DNA of 45,440 nucleotides, taken from NCBI GenBank assembly GCA_046714355.1, contig JBKKAR010000191.1, forward strand, positions 1 to 45,440, read 5' to 3'. The position numbers and the translations under genes are program-made. This document shows positions 35,777 through 44,289 of the stretch, in pieces. The first letter of the stretch is position 1. The number at the start of each line of letters is the position of its first letter. Under the pieces are notes generated by a model that saw only the letters and a program-made list of their open reading frames with translations, did no database searches and was not told where the DNA came from. Source of the DNA: Gaiellaceae bacterium (GTDB lineage Bacteria > Actinomycetota > Thermoleophilia > Gaiellales > Gaiellaceae).

Positions 35777-36255
35777 GGGTCGAACCTCAGGTCGGTCTCG
35801 CCGACGCGGATGATGTCGCCGGGCGTCAGCTTCTGCGGGCGGCTCAACTTGACGCCGTTGACGAAGGTGCCGTTCGTGGAGCCGACGTCCTCGACCCAGA
35901 CGCCGTCGCGACGGGGCTCGACCCGTGCGTGCTGCGCCGAGGCGAACTCGTCGTCGCCGAGGTTCATGTCGTTGTCCGAGGAGCGGCCGAGCGTGACCGG
36001 CGCGGAATCGAGAGTCCGCTCGCTGTCGACCTTGAGCGCCGGGCTCGAGAGGACGACGAGGATCCCCGTCCGGGCCCGCGGGCCGAGGCCGGCGGCTGCC
36101 GCCTGCTGCGGCGCCAGCACGAAGCTCTCCTGCGGCAGCCGCACGTCGCGTGCCACCGTCCGGACGATGCGCCAGATGAAGAGATAGAGCAGGACGAGGA
36201 AGCCCACCTTCAGGCCGAGCAGGACCGCCTCGACCTCGACTGCCGCGACGATCAA
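35773..36255 (-). CDS. fhaB: membrane-anchored FHA-domain protein
   Basis: N-terminal TM (LLGLKVGFLVLLYLFIW) plus C-terminal FHA (VTLGRSSDNDMNLGDDEFASAQHARV...VEDVGSTNGTFVNG). TTG start with ACGAGG 5 nt upstream. Confidence 0.85.
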   Translation of the reverse strand: MIVAAVEVEAVLLGLKVGFLVLLYLFIWRIVRTVARDVRLPQESFVLAPQQAAAAGLGPRARTGILVVLSSPALKVDSERTLDSAPVTLGRSSDNDMNLGDDEFASAQHARVEPRRDGVWVEDVGSTNGTFVNGVKLSRPQKLTPGDIIRVGETDLRFDP

Positions 36256-36279
36256 GAGGACCTCGTTTCAGGATGCGGC

Positions 36280-37065
36280 TCAGCGCTCATTCTGGGACGA
36301 GGTCTTGGCCCGTCTGAAGACGAGCTCCGTCGACCCGAGGGTGATCCGGTCCTCGTCGTCGAGCTTCGCCCGTTTCAGCGCGCGGCCATTGACCGCGACA
36401 CCGTTCGTGGAGTCGAGGTCGACGATCCAGAAGGTCGAGCCCTCCTGGCGGATCTCGGCGTGCCGCCGCGAAATGTTCGAGTCGGCGACGCGGATGTCGC
36501 AGTCCTTCGACCGGCCGATGACCATGGTTGGCTTCTCCAGCGGGTGCAGGGCTCCGTCAACAGTGACGGTGGCCGGCTTCTGCTCGGGCGGCTCCATCCC
36601 GAGCTCCTCGGCCGAGACCGCCTCGGTCTCGGAGGGCGTGGCCCGGTAGATCCGCGTCGCGCCCGGCTCGACGTCCGCCTCGGGCGGCGCCTCGGGCGCC
36701 TCCCGCTGGATCATCCGGTTCGAGATCCCGAACAGGCCGACCTCGAGGTCCTCGTCCGTCCGGAAGGAGACGTTCGGGCGAGAGAGCAGCAGGTAGCCCT
36801 CTCGCCGCCCGTGTTCGGCGAGGTACTCCTCGAGCTCCTTGACGAGCGCCGGCTCGTAGCTCTCGAACTGATCCCGGTCGGCCGGCGAGAGGTAGACGAC
36901 GTACTCGTTCGGCGCGTAGACCTGGGAGACAGAGACCATCTTGTAGTCGTCCATCTCCTTCGCGAGCTTCCGCGCCAGCTCGACCGGTTGCACGTTGCGC
37001 CGGAAGGCGCGTCCGAACGCGCCTTCAAAGAGTGACTCGATCTTTTGCTCAATCGTTCGGAGCAC
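36280..37065 (-). CDS. fhaA: FhaA-like protein (N-terminal FhaA/DUF3662-type domain plus C-terminal FHA)
   Basis: VLRTIEQKIESLFEGAFGRAFRRNVQPVELARKLAKEMDD...APNEYVVYLSPAD. C-terminal FHA (MVIGRSKDCDIRVADSNISRRHAEI...DLDSTNGVAVNG). GTG 37065. The track extension to 37728 lies inside the upstream kinase gene. Confidence 0.85.
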   Translation of the reverse strand: MLRTIEQKIESLFEGAFGRAFRRNVQPVELARKLAKEMDDYKMVSVSQVYAPNEYVVYLSPADRDQFESYEPALVKELEEYLAEHGRREGYLLLSRPNVSFRTDEDLEVGLFGISNRMIQREAPEAPPEADVEPGATRIYRATPSETEAVSAEELGMEPPEQKPATVTVDGALHPLEKPTMVIGRSKDCDIRVADSNISRRHAEIRQEGSTFWIVDLDSTNGVAVNGRALKRAKLDDEDRITLGSTELVFRRAKTSSQNER

Positions 37066-37079
37066 CGGCGACGTCGAGT

Positions 37080-38687
37080 CTAGCGGCGTAACCCCTCTGC
37101 TCTGACCGTCACAGCGACGCAGCAGAGCCAGATTCCGACCACGACGGGAAGGGCGTTTACCGCACCAACCGGCAGGAGCAGGGCGGCGATCGCAACGGCG
37201 GCGAGCCCCGCGACAGGCCAGATCCCGCGCTCGGCCGCCGGCGGGAGCAGCGCGGCCAGCCCGGCGACGACGGCGGCGGTGAGGAGGAGCTCCGGGCGGG
37301 CCGCAAGCGAGTCGACGAGCGCCGAGGCGACGGGTCCCGGATCCTCGCGTCCCTCGAGCCCCGGCGAGGCCGCCGCGCGGTCGCTCAGCGGAAGCGTCGC
37401 GCCACGGATGCCCGCCGCAACGGCGGCGAGGAGAACGGCGGAGGCCCCGAAGACGGCTCGCCAGACGGCTCGGCGAACCGGGAGCAACATGGCCGGCAGA
37501 AGGAGCATCAGCCCCAGGGGAGCGAGGACGGCGCCCACGGACGCGTACAGCGCCTCGTCGCTTCGGCGCCAGGTAGCAACGAGCCAGGCTGAGGCGAGCA
37601 CCGCATACACGAGTGCGAGACCGAGCGAGACGTTGCCGAGCGGGAGCACCGCAGCGCCGAGGGCGGCGGCGAGACCCAGGCGGGGTCGCAACGCGGCCAG
37701 CCCGGCCGCAAGCGCCGCAAGCCCCCACCCCCAGCCGGCCGGGTAGAAGGGGAACGCCGCCGCGGTCCAGCCGACGAAGGCGCCTGCTCCGGCAGCGGCG
37801 AGCACCCGTCGAACCGGAGGAATCGCGACGCTGTGGACAGCTCGCGTCCGCTTCCTTTCACGCTCCTCGAGGGCGGAACGAAGCCGGTCGGCAAGCTGCA
37901 CCGCGGTCGGGCGCTTGTCGGGATCGACTGCGGTTGCCCGAGTGACCGCATCTGTGAGATAGCGGGGCAGGTCGGGACGGACGGACTCGAGCGGCGGCGG
38001 GCCGAGCTCGATCCGCCGAGCGGTCTCGACCGGTGACGAGGCCCAGAAGGGGTGGTAGCCGGCGAGCGCCTCCCAGAGGACGACGCCCACGGCCCAGATG
38101 TCGGCCGAGAACGACGACGCCTCGCCCGCCAGGCGCTCCGGTGAGATGTAGGCGAGCGTACCTGGGACGTCGCCCGCGGCCGTCAGCGTCTCAGCCTCCG
38201 CGAACTGCGCCAGCCCGAAGTCGAGGAGTTTGACCGAGATCTCGTCGCCGTCCGCGACGAGGACGTTGGTGGGCTTGACGTCGCGGTGGACAATCCCGTG
38301 GGCATGCGCGTGCGCGAGCCCCTCCAGGATCTGCACGGCGGTCTCGACGACGGCCGCGTCGTTCAGCTCGCCGGACCGGATGCGGTCGCGGAGCGTTCGT
38401 CCCGGGACGTACTCGTACGCGATGTAGACGTTCTGCTGGTCGCCGGCGAACGTGTAGGCCCGCAGGCAGCGCGGGTGCCGAAGGCGGGCGGCAGCGGACG
38501 CCTCGCGCTCGGCGCGCGTTCCCGCTTTGCCCTCCCGCGGGACGATCTTCAGCGCGACGTCGAGCCCGTTCCGCTCGTCGCGGGCGACCCAGACGGAGCC
38601 GGACCCGCCGCTCCCAAGAGGGCGCAGGGGCCGATAGCGGCCGAGAACGAGCTCGCTGGCAGGGAAGGACGCGACCGCTGTGGCCAT
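37080..38687 (-). CDS. Ser/Thr protein kinase fused to a polytopic (~7-8 TM) Ala/Leu/Gly-rich C-terminal domain
   Basis: Hanks motifs [41 protein letters not shown] in residues 1-270. From about residue 290 there are successive hydrophobic segments ([48 protein letters not shown], ...[14 protein letters not shown]). Confidence 0.85.
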   Translation of the reverse strand: MATAVASFPASELVLGRYRPLRPLGSGGSGSVWVARDERNGLDVALKIVPREGKAGTRAEREASAAARLRHPRCLRAYTFAGDQQNVYIAYEYVPGRTLRDRIRSGELNDAAVVETAVQILEGLAHAHAHGIVHRDVKPTNVLVADGDEISVKLLDFGLAQFAEAETLTAAGDVPGTLAYISPERLAGEASSFSADIWAVGVVLWEALAGYHPFWASSPVETARRIELGPPPLESVRPDLPRYLTDAVTRATAVDPDKRPTAVQLADRLRSALEERERKRTRAVHSVAIPPVRRVLAAAGAGAFVGWTAAAFPFYPAGWGWGLAALAAGLAALRPRLGLAAALGAAVLPLGNVSLGLALVYAVLASAWLVATWRRSDEALYASVGAVLAPLGLMLLLPAMLLPVRRAVWRAVFGASAVLLAAVAAGIRGATLPLSDRAAASPGLEGREDPGPVASALVDSLAARPELLLTAAVVAGLAALLPPAAERGIWPVAGLAAVAIAALLLPVGAVNALPVVVGIWLCCVAVTVRAEGLRR

Positions 38688-38790
38688 GTGCGTTGAGGGT
38701 TGGCGGCTGCGTCTTGAAGTCCTTTTAGCGGGCTCTCCTGGCCGGTGCAGCCGTTAAGGTGGATGAGCTGGGATACCCGGCCTGGCTCCA

Positions 38791-39942
38791 ATGACCGAGC
38801 GCGACACCGAGATCGAGTTCGACTTCTTCGAGGAGCCCGCGACCGGGGAGGCCGCGCGGCCGGAGCGCCCTGCCCGCCGTTCGCGGCGCCCGCGCAGGCC
38901 GGGGAGGCCGCCGGGTCCTCCGTCCGGCCTCACGCCGATGCTGCGCCTCGTCGGGCTGATCAGCTTCGCGATCCTCGTCGTCGTCCTCCTGATCTTCTGG
39001 GTCTCGAGCTGCCGCGGCGAGGCGAAGAAGGACCGCTACCAGGCCTACATGGAGGACGTCCAGCAGGTCGCAGGGCAGTCGGAGAGGATCGGCGCCCAGC
39101 TGACGACGACGCTCACCCGCCCAGAGGTTCGGCAAGCAGCGCTCGTTCGGACGCTGGACGGATATGCCCAACAGCAGGACCAGTTCGCCGGCACGGCTGA
39201 GCGGCTCGATCCGCCGGGCCCGCTTCGCCGCCAGCACGAGCAGCTCGTGGAGGCGCTCCAGTTCCGGGTCAGTGGCCTGCGCGGCCTCGCGGACGCGTTC
39301 GGCACCCGGACCGGCAACGCCACCCAAGTCGGAGAGCTCCTAGCCGCCCAGTTCCGGCGGCTGATCGCGAGCGACGTCGTCTGGGACGACGTCTTCAAGG
39401 ATCCCGCAGCCCAGGAGCTGCGGCGCCAGGACCTGCGGGGGATCCAGGTTCCGGACTCGAACTTCATCCCGAACCCCGACCTCGGCACCTCACGGGCGAT
39501 GAGCAACATCTGGACGCGAGTGCGAGGGCAAACGCCCACCGGCAGCGGCGGTACCGGCACCCGTCCAGGCTCGCACGGTCACGGGCTCACCTCCGTAAAG
39601 GTCGTCGGAGGCTCGACGCTGTCGCCGTCCGAGCTGAACAAGATCGTCGCCACGACGGATCTCTCGTTCGAGGTCGTCTTCGAGAACTCCGGCGACTCGA
39701 CCGAGACGGGCGTCGAGCTCGAGCTGACGATCCAGAAAGAGACCGAGCCGCTCGTGAAGACTCAGCGCGTCGACCTCACCGAGCCCGGCGAGAGCGTGCG
39801 GGTCGTCTTCCGGAACGTCGGACCGGTGCCGTTCGTCCAACGGACGACGCTTCAGGTGAACGTCAAGCCGGTGCCGAGCGAGAAGAACACGGCCAATAAC
39901 TCGGCCGAGTACCCCGTCATTTTCAGCTACCCGGGCGGCTAG
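38791..39942 (+). CDS. membrane-anchored protein with Arg/Pro-rich cytoplasmic head and C-terminal CARDB-like domain
   Basis: RRSRRPRRPGRPPGPP, then TM LRLVGLISFAILVVVLLIFWV, a helical middle, and a C-terminal beta-rich segment (SFEVVFENSGDSTETGVELELTI...ESVRVVFRNVG...VKPVPSEKNTANNSAEY) resembling CARDB. Confidence 0.7.
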   Translation: MTERDTEIEFDFFEEPATGEAARPERPARRSRRPRRPGRPPGPPSGLTPMLRLVGLISFAILVVVLLIFWVSSCRGEAKKDRYQAYMEDVQQVAGQSERIGAQLTTTLTRPEVRQAALVRTLDGYAQQQDQFAGTAERLDPPGPLRRQHEQLVEALQFRVSGLRGLADAFGTRTGNATQVGELLAAQFRRLIASDVVWDDVFKDPAAQELRRQDLRGIQVPDSNFIPNPDLGTSRAMSNIWTRVRGQTPTGSGGTGTRPGSHGHGLTSVKVVGGSTLSPSELNKIVATTDLSFEVVFENSGDSTETGVELELTIQKETEPLVKTQRVDLTEPGESVRVVFRNVGPVPFVQRTTLQVNVKPVPSEKNTANNSAEYPVIFSYPGG

Positions 39943-39958
39943 CCTCGTTTCGTATCAA

Positions 39959-39987
39959 GCCGCGCGACGGCTGCGCCGCCGCGCGGC
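39959..39987. terminator. strong GC hairpin between convergent genes (candidate bidirectional terminator)
   Basis: GCCGCGCG a CGGC tgc GCCG c CGCGCGGC: 8+4 bp stem. The flanks are comparatively A/T-rich (tttcgtatcaa / ctaactg) but there is no clean U-run. Confidence 0.45.
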
Positions 39988-40012
39988 CTAACTGCGCTCG
40001 ATGACTCGCTGC

Positions 40013-40090
40013 CTAGCGTCCCCGGCGAAAGTAGCCAAGGACGGCTAACACAACGATGACGATGATGACAATGAGAAGCCAGGTCGGCAC
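40013..40090 (-). CDS. candidate 25-aa hydrophobic micro-protein
   Basis: GTG 40090 with AAAGGA 4 nt upstream. VPTWLLIVIIVIVVLAVLGYFRRGR*: one TM helix plus a basic tail. Below the ORF-track length cut-off. GC3 is only ~72% by hand count. Confidence 0.35.
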   Translation of the reverse strand: MPTWLLIVIIVIVVLAVLGYFRRGR

Positions 40091-40168
40091 ATGATCCTTT
40101 CGTTGAGGGAACGTGGCGACTCTACGGCGAGCCGACCCGTGTGTGCAAGGTGTGCCGCCTACGACGAA

Positions 40169-40651
40169 TCAACGCGCCATCGCGCGTTCGACGGCTTCCT
40201 GCTCCTCCGGCGAGAGGGCGATCGGGGCGTTGCCGTGGTCGAGCTCCTTCACGTAGATCCGGGCGTAGTCGCGACCCTGGATCGCGCTCACGACGACGCC
40301 CGAGCGGGCGGCGTCAAGGAAGGCGAGCGACGCGGACTGGTGGCCACCCGCTCCCTCGTAGGCGTCGTAACGGATGACCGACGTGTTCGTGACCGAACCG
40401 TCCACTCGCCGGTCGACCCGGGCGAGGGCGGAGGCGACCTCGTCCACCGCGCGGTGCAGGTCGTCGATCCGAGCCTGGAGCGACACGGCGAAGTCGGCCA
40501 GATCGGACTTGCCGCCGCCGAGCAGCACCATCTGCGCCTCGCGCATGGCCCGAAGCCGCAGGAAGAGGTACAGAACCGTGGCGAGCGCGAGCACGGCGAC
40601 CGCGCCGGCGGCGACGGCGATCCAGGCGGCGGTTGAGGCCGAGACGTTCAT
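40169..40651 (-). CDS. DUF4446-family membrane-anchored protein
   Basis: N-terminal TM, coiled-coil region, then VIRYDAYEGAGGHQSASLAFLDAARSGVVVSAIQGRDYARIYVKEL...LSPEEQEAVERA, which matches the DUF4446 pattern as I remember it. Confidence 0.8.
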   Translation of the reverse strand: MNVSASTAAWIAVAAGAVAVLALATVLYLFLRLRAMREAQMVLLGGGKSDLADFAVSLQARIDDLHRAVDEVASALARVDRRVDGSVTNTSVIRYDAYEGAGGHQSASLAFLDAARSGVVVSAIQGRDYARIYVKELDHGNAPIALSPEEQEAVERAMAR

Positions 40652-40659
40652 CCGGGCAG

Positions 40660-40665
40660 ATCCTA
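40660..40665 (-). promoter_or_regulatory. -10-like TAGGAT, 8 nt upstream of the DUF4446 ATG
   Basis: Minus strand reads TAGGAT-ctgcccgg-ATG. Confidence 0.35.
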
Positions 40666-40695
40666 GAGTGGCACGGCTACAGTTTTGGAAGAGTC

Positions 40696-41229
40696 ATGAA
40701 GCAAGTCCTCGTCCTGAATGCCAGCTATGAGGCGCTGAACGTCTGCTCGGTGCGGCGCGCGCACGTGCTCGTGTTCAAGGGCAAGGCCGAGGTGATCGAG
40801 GCGCTGGAGCAGCCGCTCCGGTCGGCGACGGACACCTACCAGTGGCCGCACGTGATCCGGCTCGTGACCTACGTGTCCGTTCCGCGGACGGTCCAACGGA
40901 AGATCTCCCGGCGGGCCTTGTTCGCACGGGACGGGTGGCGCTGCGCCTACTGCGGCACCACGGCCGGACGGCTCACGCTCGACCACATCGTCCCGCGGAG
41001 CCGGGGCGGTGATTCCGTCTGGGAGAACGTCGTCACCTCCTGCGCGCCGTGCAACCTGAAGAAGGGGAACCGCCTCTTAGAAGAGGTGGAGATGGTCCTG
41101 CGGACCAAGCCGCGCGTGCCCGCGCCGGTTCTCTACATCAGGCTCGCGACGCCACGGCTTCCCGACGGCTGGAAGCCCTACCTACCCGAGCTCTTCGGCT
41201 CGAGCTCGAGCTCGACCGCCGCCGCCTAA
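40696..41229 (+). CDS. HNH endonuclease-family protein
   Basis: ATG 40696. CAYCG...LTLDHIVPRSRGGDSVWENVVTSCAPCNLKKGN (HNH with Cys4-type zinc ligands). C-terminal SSSSS tail. Confidence 0.85.
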   Translation: MKQVLVLNASYEALNVCSVRRAHVLVFKGKAEVIEALEQPLRSATDTYQWPHVIRLVTYVSVPRTVQRKISRRALFARDGWRCAYCGTTAGRLTLDHIVPRSRGGDSVWENVVTSCAPCNLKKGNRLLEEVEMVLRTKPRVPAPVLYIRLATPRLPDGWKPYLPELFGSSSSSTAAA

Positions 41230-41570
41230 CGCGGAGGTCGTTTGACTTCGTCGAGCTGGATCGCGACAACGCCCGCGTGTCCGTCTTTCTCGATGAGGAC
41301 ATGATCCTCCGCGACGTCCACAACGTGCTCGATCTCCCGGACGACGTGTCCCTTGACGACGATGAAGCGTCTCGAATCGGCGCGTGCGTGCGCGTACTTG
41401 GCCAGAGTCAGGATCACTTTCTCGGTGCAAGCGCGGTCGGAGCATTCACAGAAAAACTCGTATTCGTGCGAATCAGCGCCGTGACTCTCGGCTGCGGCCT
41501 CGATTCGGTCATTGACGCTGCGGAAGAGATCCTCGTTGCGAGCTAGCTGTTCCTTCTGACGGTCGTCCAT
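41226..41570 (-). CDS. small conserved CxC-x4-C protein, unknown function (paralog of 9397..9732)
   Basis: MDDRQKEQLARNEDLFRSVNDRIEAAAES...EFFCECSDRACTEKVILTLAKYAHARADSRRFIVVKGH...LIEK. Aligns with the 9397 gene over ~85 residues, roughly 35-40% identical by eye. Confidence 0.7.
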   Translation of the reverse strand: MDDRQKEQLARNEDLFRSVNDRIEAAAESHGADSHEYEFFCECSDRACTEKVILTLAKYAHARADSRRFIVVKGHVVREIEHVVDVAEDHVLIEKDGHAGVVAIQLDEVKRPPR

Positions 41571-41618
41571 GGGAGGCTGATACCCGCAAGGACACGGATC
41601 GAACCGGTCGGAGGCTCG

Positions 41619-42320
41619 CTAGCCGCGCTCGACCGGTAGGTCGAGGGTCTCCCACTGACTCCACGAGCCGGGGTAGAGCCTGCCCTCCCGTCCGGCGAGC
41701 CAGAGGCGATGGAGGATCACGGTCGCCGTGACACCCGACCCGCAGTAGGCGACGACCTCCCCCGGAGGCAGGTCGGGTACGGGCTCGTTCCACGGCGCGT
41801 TGAGCGCGCCGGGAATCCGGCCGGGAACCTTGTCGATCGGGTTCTCCTCACCGCGCCAGCGCGACTCGAGGCGAGCGTCCACGACCACGAAGTCGGCAAG
41901 CCGCTCAGCGAGCTCCGGGCCCTCCACGATGTCGTCGGCGCGCTCACGAGGGACGAATGTCGCCGGCTCGACCACCTCCTCGCCGGAGGCGAGCGGCCCC
42001 AGCCAGTCGTCGATCCCGTGCGCGAGCACGGCGCAATCGTCATGGCCGAAGTGCCGGAGGAGCCACCAGAGCCGCTCCGCGCCGCCCATGCCGTAGGCCA
42101 CGACGTGGACGCCCTCGCCGAGCCCCGCCCGGCCGGCCGCCTCGGCGAAGCGCTCCGCCGAGGGCAGCGGATGCCGGCCCTGACCTTCCACGGACAGCTC
42201 CGAAAGATCCGTGTCGACGTCGAGGAACGAGGAGCCGGGAATGTGACCTTCGAGGTAGAGCTCGCGGCCTCGGCTCGGGTTCCCGAGCTCCCAACGGCAG
42301 TCCACGAACTGGTAGCGCAT
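41619..42320 (-). CDS. rhodanese-domain sulfurtransferase (thiosulfate/3-mercaptopyruvate type)
   Basis: Tandem rhodanese layout. GHIPGS, catalytic loop YCGSGVTA, C-terminal YPGSWSQW. ATG 42320 chosen (233 aa); CACAAT box 6 nt upstream. Confidence 0.8.
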   Translation of the reverse strand: MRYQFVDCRWELGNPSRGRELYLEGHIPGSSFLDVDTDLSELSVEGQGRHPLPSAERFAEAAGRAGLGEGVHVVAYGMGGAERLWWLLRHFGHDDCAVLAHGIDDWLGPLASGEEVVEPATFVPRERADDIVEGPELAERLADFVVVDARLESRWRGEENPIDKVPGRIPGALNAPWNEPVPDLPPGEVVAYCGSGVTATVILHRLWLAGREGRLYPGSWSQWETLDLPVERG

Positions 42321-42382
42321 CGCGCGATTGTGACGGCAGAGGCCACCGGCGGCGTATACGGGGAAATGCCAAGGAGGCTGAC

Positions 42383-43099
42383 ATGAAGACGATTCGAATC
42401 GCTGTGGCGGCGCTGCTGCTGCTCGCAGCCGCGGCGTTCGCCGGAATCGGGCTGCCCGAGACCGCCGGCGGCGCGAGCGACGACCCAAGCAAGGGAATCA
42501 CCGTGACAGGCGTAGGCACCGTCGACGCGGTGCCGGACGAGGCCGAGTTCTCTCTCGGCATCACGACGAAGGGCCGGACAGCGCGCGAGGCGCTGACCGC
42601 GAACTCCGCCCGCATGCAGCGGCTGATCGCCGCGCTGAAGGCGGCCGGGGTGGACGAACGGGACATCAGGACACAGGACGTCTCGGTCGGCCAGAGCTAC
42701 GAAGGCGGAGCCGAGAGCACGAACGGCTACGCGGCGACCAATTCGGTGTCCGTGCGGATCCGGCAGATCGACCGGGCAGGCACCATCCTGGAGGCGGCGT
42801 CGCAGGCGGGCGCGAACCAGGTCTACGGCCCCGCGCTGACGCGGGAGGATCGCGACGGCTTCGAACAGAAGGCGCTGGAGCAGGCGGTCGTAAACGCCCG
42901 CAAACGCGCGGACACTCTCGCCAAGGCCGCCGGCGTCGACCTCGGTCGGGTGACGGCGATCGTCGAGGGGACCGAGCGCGGAGTGATTTACGCGAACGGC
43001 AAAGTCGCGATGGACTCGGCGACTTCAGCCGAGGTGCCGATCGAGAAGGGGACGGAGGAGATCACCGCCAGCGTGACGGTGACATTCGCGATCGAGTAG
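42383..43099 (+). CDS. secreted SIMPL/DUF541-family protein
   Basis: AAGGAGG 5 nt upstream of ATG 42383. Signal peptide MKTIRIAVAALLLLAAAAFA. ITVTGVGTVDAVPDEAEFSLGI...GYAATNSVSVRI...ITASVTVTFAI is typical of SIMPL. Confidence 0.8.
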   Translation: MKTIRIAVAALLLLAAAAFAGIGLPETAGGASDDPSKGITVTGVGTVDAVPDEAEFSLGITTKGRTAREALTANSARMQRLIAALKAAGVDERDIRTQDVSVGQSYEGGAESTNGYAATNSVSVRIRQIDRAGTILEAASQAGANQVYGPALTREDRDGFEQKALEQAVVNARKRADTLAKAAGVDLGRVTAIVEGTERGVIYANGKVAMDSATSAEVPIEKGTEEITASVTVTFAIE

Positions 43100-43175
43100 C
43101 TCCCCCTTGAAGCAGCTGGCGCAGTCGCCTACTGTGAGGTGGTCGCTGCGGCGCGTCGAGCAAGCGAGGTTGGCC

Positions 43176-44252
43176 ATGACCCGCAGCACAGCACCACCTC
43201 TGCCAGGGCAGATCGACGGCAGCCCGGCGCCTCTCGTGACGCCGACGGAGCAGACCGGCTCGCCGTTGTTCGCTGAGCTCGTCTGGGCGCACCATCTCTA
43301 CGAGCGCGAGCGACGTCGCAAGCGCGAGCCAGATGACGCGCTCCGAGCGCTTGAGAAGGCCTACCTGGACAAGCTGCATGAGTTTCAGACGAAGGCGGGC
43401 AGGCTCGAGCACGTCTACTGGTCGACCAAAGGAGCCTCGGCCGTGGCGATGACGGTGAAGGACGTCGGGAGCCGGTCGAGAGAATGGCTCGGCCACCTGG
43501 GGCCAAATGTGCTCGAGCGCGATCAGCACATCGAGCTCCACCGTCTCACCGACTGGGTGACGACCGATGCGCCTCGCGTGGCTGACCTTCTCCACGAATG
43601 TGATCTGCTTGCCATCCGCGTGGGAGAAGTGCTGCGCGGCACATCCGAACGCATCGCGATGCGGTCGCTCCTTGGTGTCCAAGCGCATCTCCTCGGGTTC
43701 GTCGAGAGATCGAAGCCCGCGCCGGACGTGGAGTCGAAGCTCGTCAAGGAACAGCACGCCCAGCTCGTTGCAGTGGAGGGGTATTACCACCGCGCCGCAA
43801 GCCGAGCCGGACGGCTCGTCTACATCACGGGCATGCTCATGGGCATGGCTCCGGTGCTGATCCTCGGGGTCTTGCTGGGGTTCCTGTTCTGGGCGGCCGG
43901 GCGCTGGGACGACACCGTCGAGATCTTGCTCCTCTGTGCCGGTGCGGGAGCGGTCGGGGCGTTCGTCAGCGCCATCTCACGGATGGGCAGGCCCGAGAAG
44001 GGGAAGTTCAACGTCGACTTCGAGCTCGGCCGGCCGCTGATCCGGCGGCTCGGGGTCTACCGGCCCTTCCTGGGCGCGATCGCGGGTGTTGCGCTCTACT
44101 TCTTTCTGGCGAGCGGAATCGCTCAGGTGACCGTGACTGACGGCCAGGAGGTCGCCTACTACGGGTTCGCCGCCTTCCTGGCCGGATTCAGCGAGCGCTT
44201 CGCGACGGTCATGTTCGGGACAGCAGAGAAACGACTCTCGCCGACGGAGTAG
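43176..44252 (+). CDS. hypothetical protein: ~230-aa soluble helical N-domain plus C-terminal 4-TM module
   Basis: ATG 43176 with GAGG 6 nt upstream (the track ORF begins at TTG 43107). TM segments LVYITGMLMGMAPVLILGVLLGFLFW, ILLLCAGAGAVGAFVSAI, FLGAIAGVALYFFLASGIA, YYGFAAFLAGFSERF. No family recognised. Confidence 0.6.
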   Translation: MTRSTAPPLPGQIDGSPAPLVTPTEQTGSPLFAELVWAHHLYERERRRKREPDDALRALEKAYLDKLHEFQTKAGRLEHVYWSTKGASAVAMTVKDVGSRSREWLGHLGPNVLERDQHIELHRLTDWVTTDAPRVADLLHECDLLAIRVGEVLRGTSERIAMRSLLGVQAHLLGFVERSKPAPDVESKLVKEQHAQLVAVEGYYHRAASRAGRLVYITGMLMGMAPVLILGVLLGFLFWAAGRWDDTVEILLLCAGAGAVGAFVSAISRMGRPEKGKFNVDFELGRPLIRRLGVYRPFLGAIAGVALYFFLASGIAQVTVTDGQEVAYYGFAAFLAGFSERFATVMFGTAEKRLSPTE

Positions 44253-44283
44253 GCGGTCTTCCAGGCTGCGCGTACGCCGTCTT

Positions 44284-44289
44284 TATCAT
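44284..44289 (+). promoter_or_regulatory. -10-like TATCAT, 6 nt upstream of the cupin ATG (leaderless candidate)
   Basis: TATCAT-ccgacc-ATG. Confidence 0.4.

Noticed and set aside
41196-41215. The (GCTCGA)3 palindromic tandem at the 3' end of the HNH gene.
   Set aside because: It encodes the poly-Ser tail. It is a short low-complexity tract with no sign of a regulatory or mobile function.
41590-41612. tRNA-like GGTTCGATCC (minus strand) between the rhodanese gene and the small Cys protein gene. It is flanked by a direct repeat AGCCTCC spaced 30 nt apart. I considered a tRNA fragment or an att remnant.
   Set aside because: The flanking bases do not form a T-stem. There is no acceptor stem or CCA context, and the 48-nt gap is too short for a tRNA.
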